In this document: positions 62,909-64,000 of the stretch, one piece after another
Numbering within the stretch: the stretch's first letter is position 1
Layout: each line of letters begins with the position of its first letter
NCBI GenBank assembly: GCA_039024555.1
Contig: JBCCQQ010000003.1
Span: forward strand, 32,001-96,000
Length of the DNA: 64,000 bases
From: Cyanobacteria bacterium P01_D01_bin.156
GTDB taxonomy: Bacteria > Cyanobacteriota > Cyanobacteriia > Phormidesmidales > Phormidesmidaceae
Reading direction: 5' to 3'
Position numbers and translations under genes: made by a program
The notes under the pieces: generated by a model
Database searches by the model: none
What the model saw: the letters and a program-made list of their open reading frames with translations, nothing else
What the model was told of the DNA's origin: nothing

Positions 62909-63649
62909 ATGGTTTCTTGCTTAGAATCACCATTAATCACGACACACGATACAGCTGGTTCATTTGACTCTACACAGCTGGATCTTGCTGAACTCAATAC
63001 CCGGTTTGAATCGGCAACTCCACAAGAAATTTTGGCATGGGCGATCGCAACGGTGCCCCACTTAGTGCAAATGACATCCTTCAGTATGGGGGCCATTACG
63101 CACATGCTGTATAACGAACTGCAGGCTAAACTGCCCGTCATTTTTTTAGACACCCTACACCTGTTTCCAGAAACCCTGGAAACGGCAGAAAAGGCAAAAG
63201 CTCTTTACGGTCTTGATTTGCGTATCTACAGTCCAGCCACCAATCGAGATGACTTTATTGCTCGCTATGGTGACCGGCTTTGGGAAAAAGACGTGGTCCG
63301 ATTCCACCAACTTACTAAGGTGAAACCGATGCATCGTGCCTTGGATGACTTGTCAGTACAAGGTTGGATAACAGGTCGCCGTCGCGATCAGTCGAGTAAC
63401 CGGCAACTGATGCCCATTTTGGAATTAGATAAAGACAGACGACTCAAGATTAATCCCCTTGCCAATTGGACCCATAAGGATTTGTGGCGCTACACATTTG
63501 CTCAAAACGTCTTTTATAATCCGCTCCATGATCAGGGTTATACCAGCATTGGCGACCAGCCGCTAACCACTAAAGTCACCGTTGGAGAAGACGAACGAGC
63601 AGGCCGCTGGCGAGGGAGTAGCAAAACCGAATGTGGCATTCATGGATAA
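62909..63649 (+). CDS. cysH: Phosphoadenylyl-sulfate (PAPS) reductase
   Basis: FLDTLHLFPET, WITGRRRDQS, KINPLANW, GYTSIGD, ERAGRW and C-terminal ECGIH; no CC/CxxC Fe-S ligands. Confidence 0.95.
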   Translation: MVSCLESPLITTHDTAGSFDSTQLDLAELNTRFESATPQEILAWAIATVPHLVQMTSFSMGAITHMLYNELQAKLPVIFLDTLHLFPETLETAEKAKALYGLDLRIYSPATNRDDFIARYGDRLWEKDVVRFHQLTKVKPMHRALDDLSVQGWITGRRRDQSSNRQLMPILELDKDRRLKINPLANWTHKDLWRYTFAQNVFYNPLHDQGYTSIGDQPLTTKVTVGEDERAGRWRGSSKTECGIHG

Positions 63650-63925
63650 TGCAAGGGTCTAAAATCACCCTGAGTAGGCTCAGAAATCGAATTCGGAGTG
63701 CTTTCGCCGACTGATTCTCGCAGAGCTTGGCTTTTCTAGTACAGAAGTCTGTTTCTAAGTTTCTCCCTCGTCAAGATTTCTCGACCTGAGCGGAGACTCT
63801 TCAAAGAAACTTGATTTATTCCGAAATCTGTATTTTGCTACCTGAGGTATACACTGCAGGCCCCGAAGAGGCTACTGCAGTTGAGTACATAGATTCGACG
63901 GGTAACCTTTACTCGTAACAGGCGG

Positions 63926-64000
63926 ATGGTTATGGAAGATTTTAAGAGTACCAACGGACAGCTTTGGCGTAGTAACACTGTCGGCGGTGATGGTGGCAAA
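63926..64000 (+). CDS. Possible start of a gene running off the window end
   Basis: ATG 63926 gives MVMEDFKSTNGQLWRSNTVGGDGGK..., open to the edge but too short to assess. Confidence 0.25.
   Translation, partial: MVMEDFKSTNGQLWRSNTVGGDGGK

Overview
This is a cyanobacterial chromosomal window, most consistent with a filamentous Leptolyngbyaceae-type organism; the lineage is an inference. Evidence for cyanobacteria: psbK, chlG, petP, a Psb35-like gene and about 30 HIP1 (GCGATCGC) octamers counted by eye. Most of the window is housekeeping: map, clpB, cysK, cobS, tgt, pheT, mrdA, potADBC, a class A PBP, hisF, a PgpH-like 7TM-HD protein, mntCAB, polA, lepA, tyrA, recA, xseAB, murE and cysH. I recognised no rRNA, tRNA, CRISPR array or transposase. 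Two loci stand out. (1) A tightly coupled gene pair at 58.3-60.0 kb encodes an ABC/AAA_21-type ATPase and a TOPRIM-like (DUF4276-like) protein, and looks like an uncharacterised defence or toxin-antitoxin module. (2) An 893-aa ammonium transporter-HAMP-PAS-histidine kinase fusion at 39.4-42.1 kb retains its Amt pore residues. Also notable: a CymR-like Rrf2 regulator with a CysK-docking type C-terminus next to cysK, a His-less pseudo-kinase, tandem ManR-type boxes over the mntC start, a LexA-like box upstream of recA, a perfect 42-bp palindrome and a GC-rich MITE-like element. All protein assignments come from motif recognition by eye; no database searches were run.
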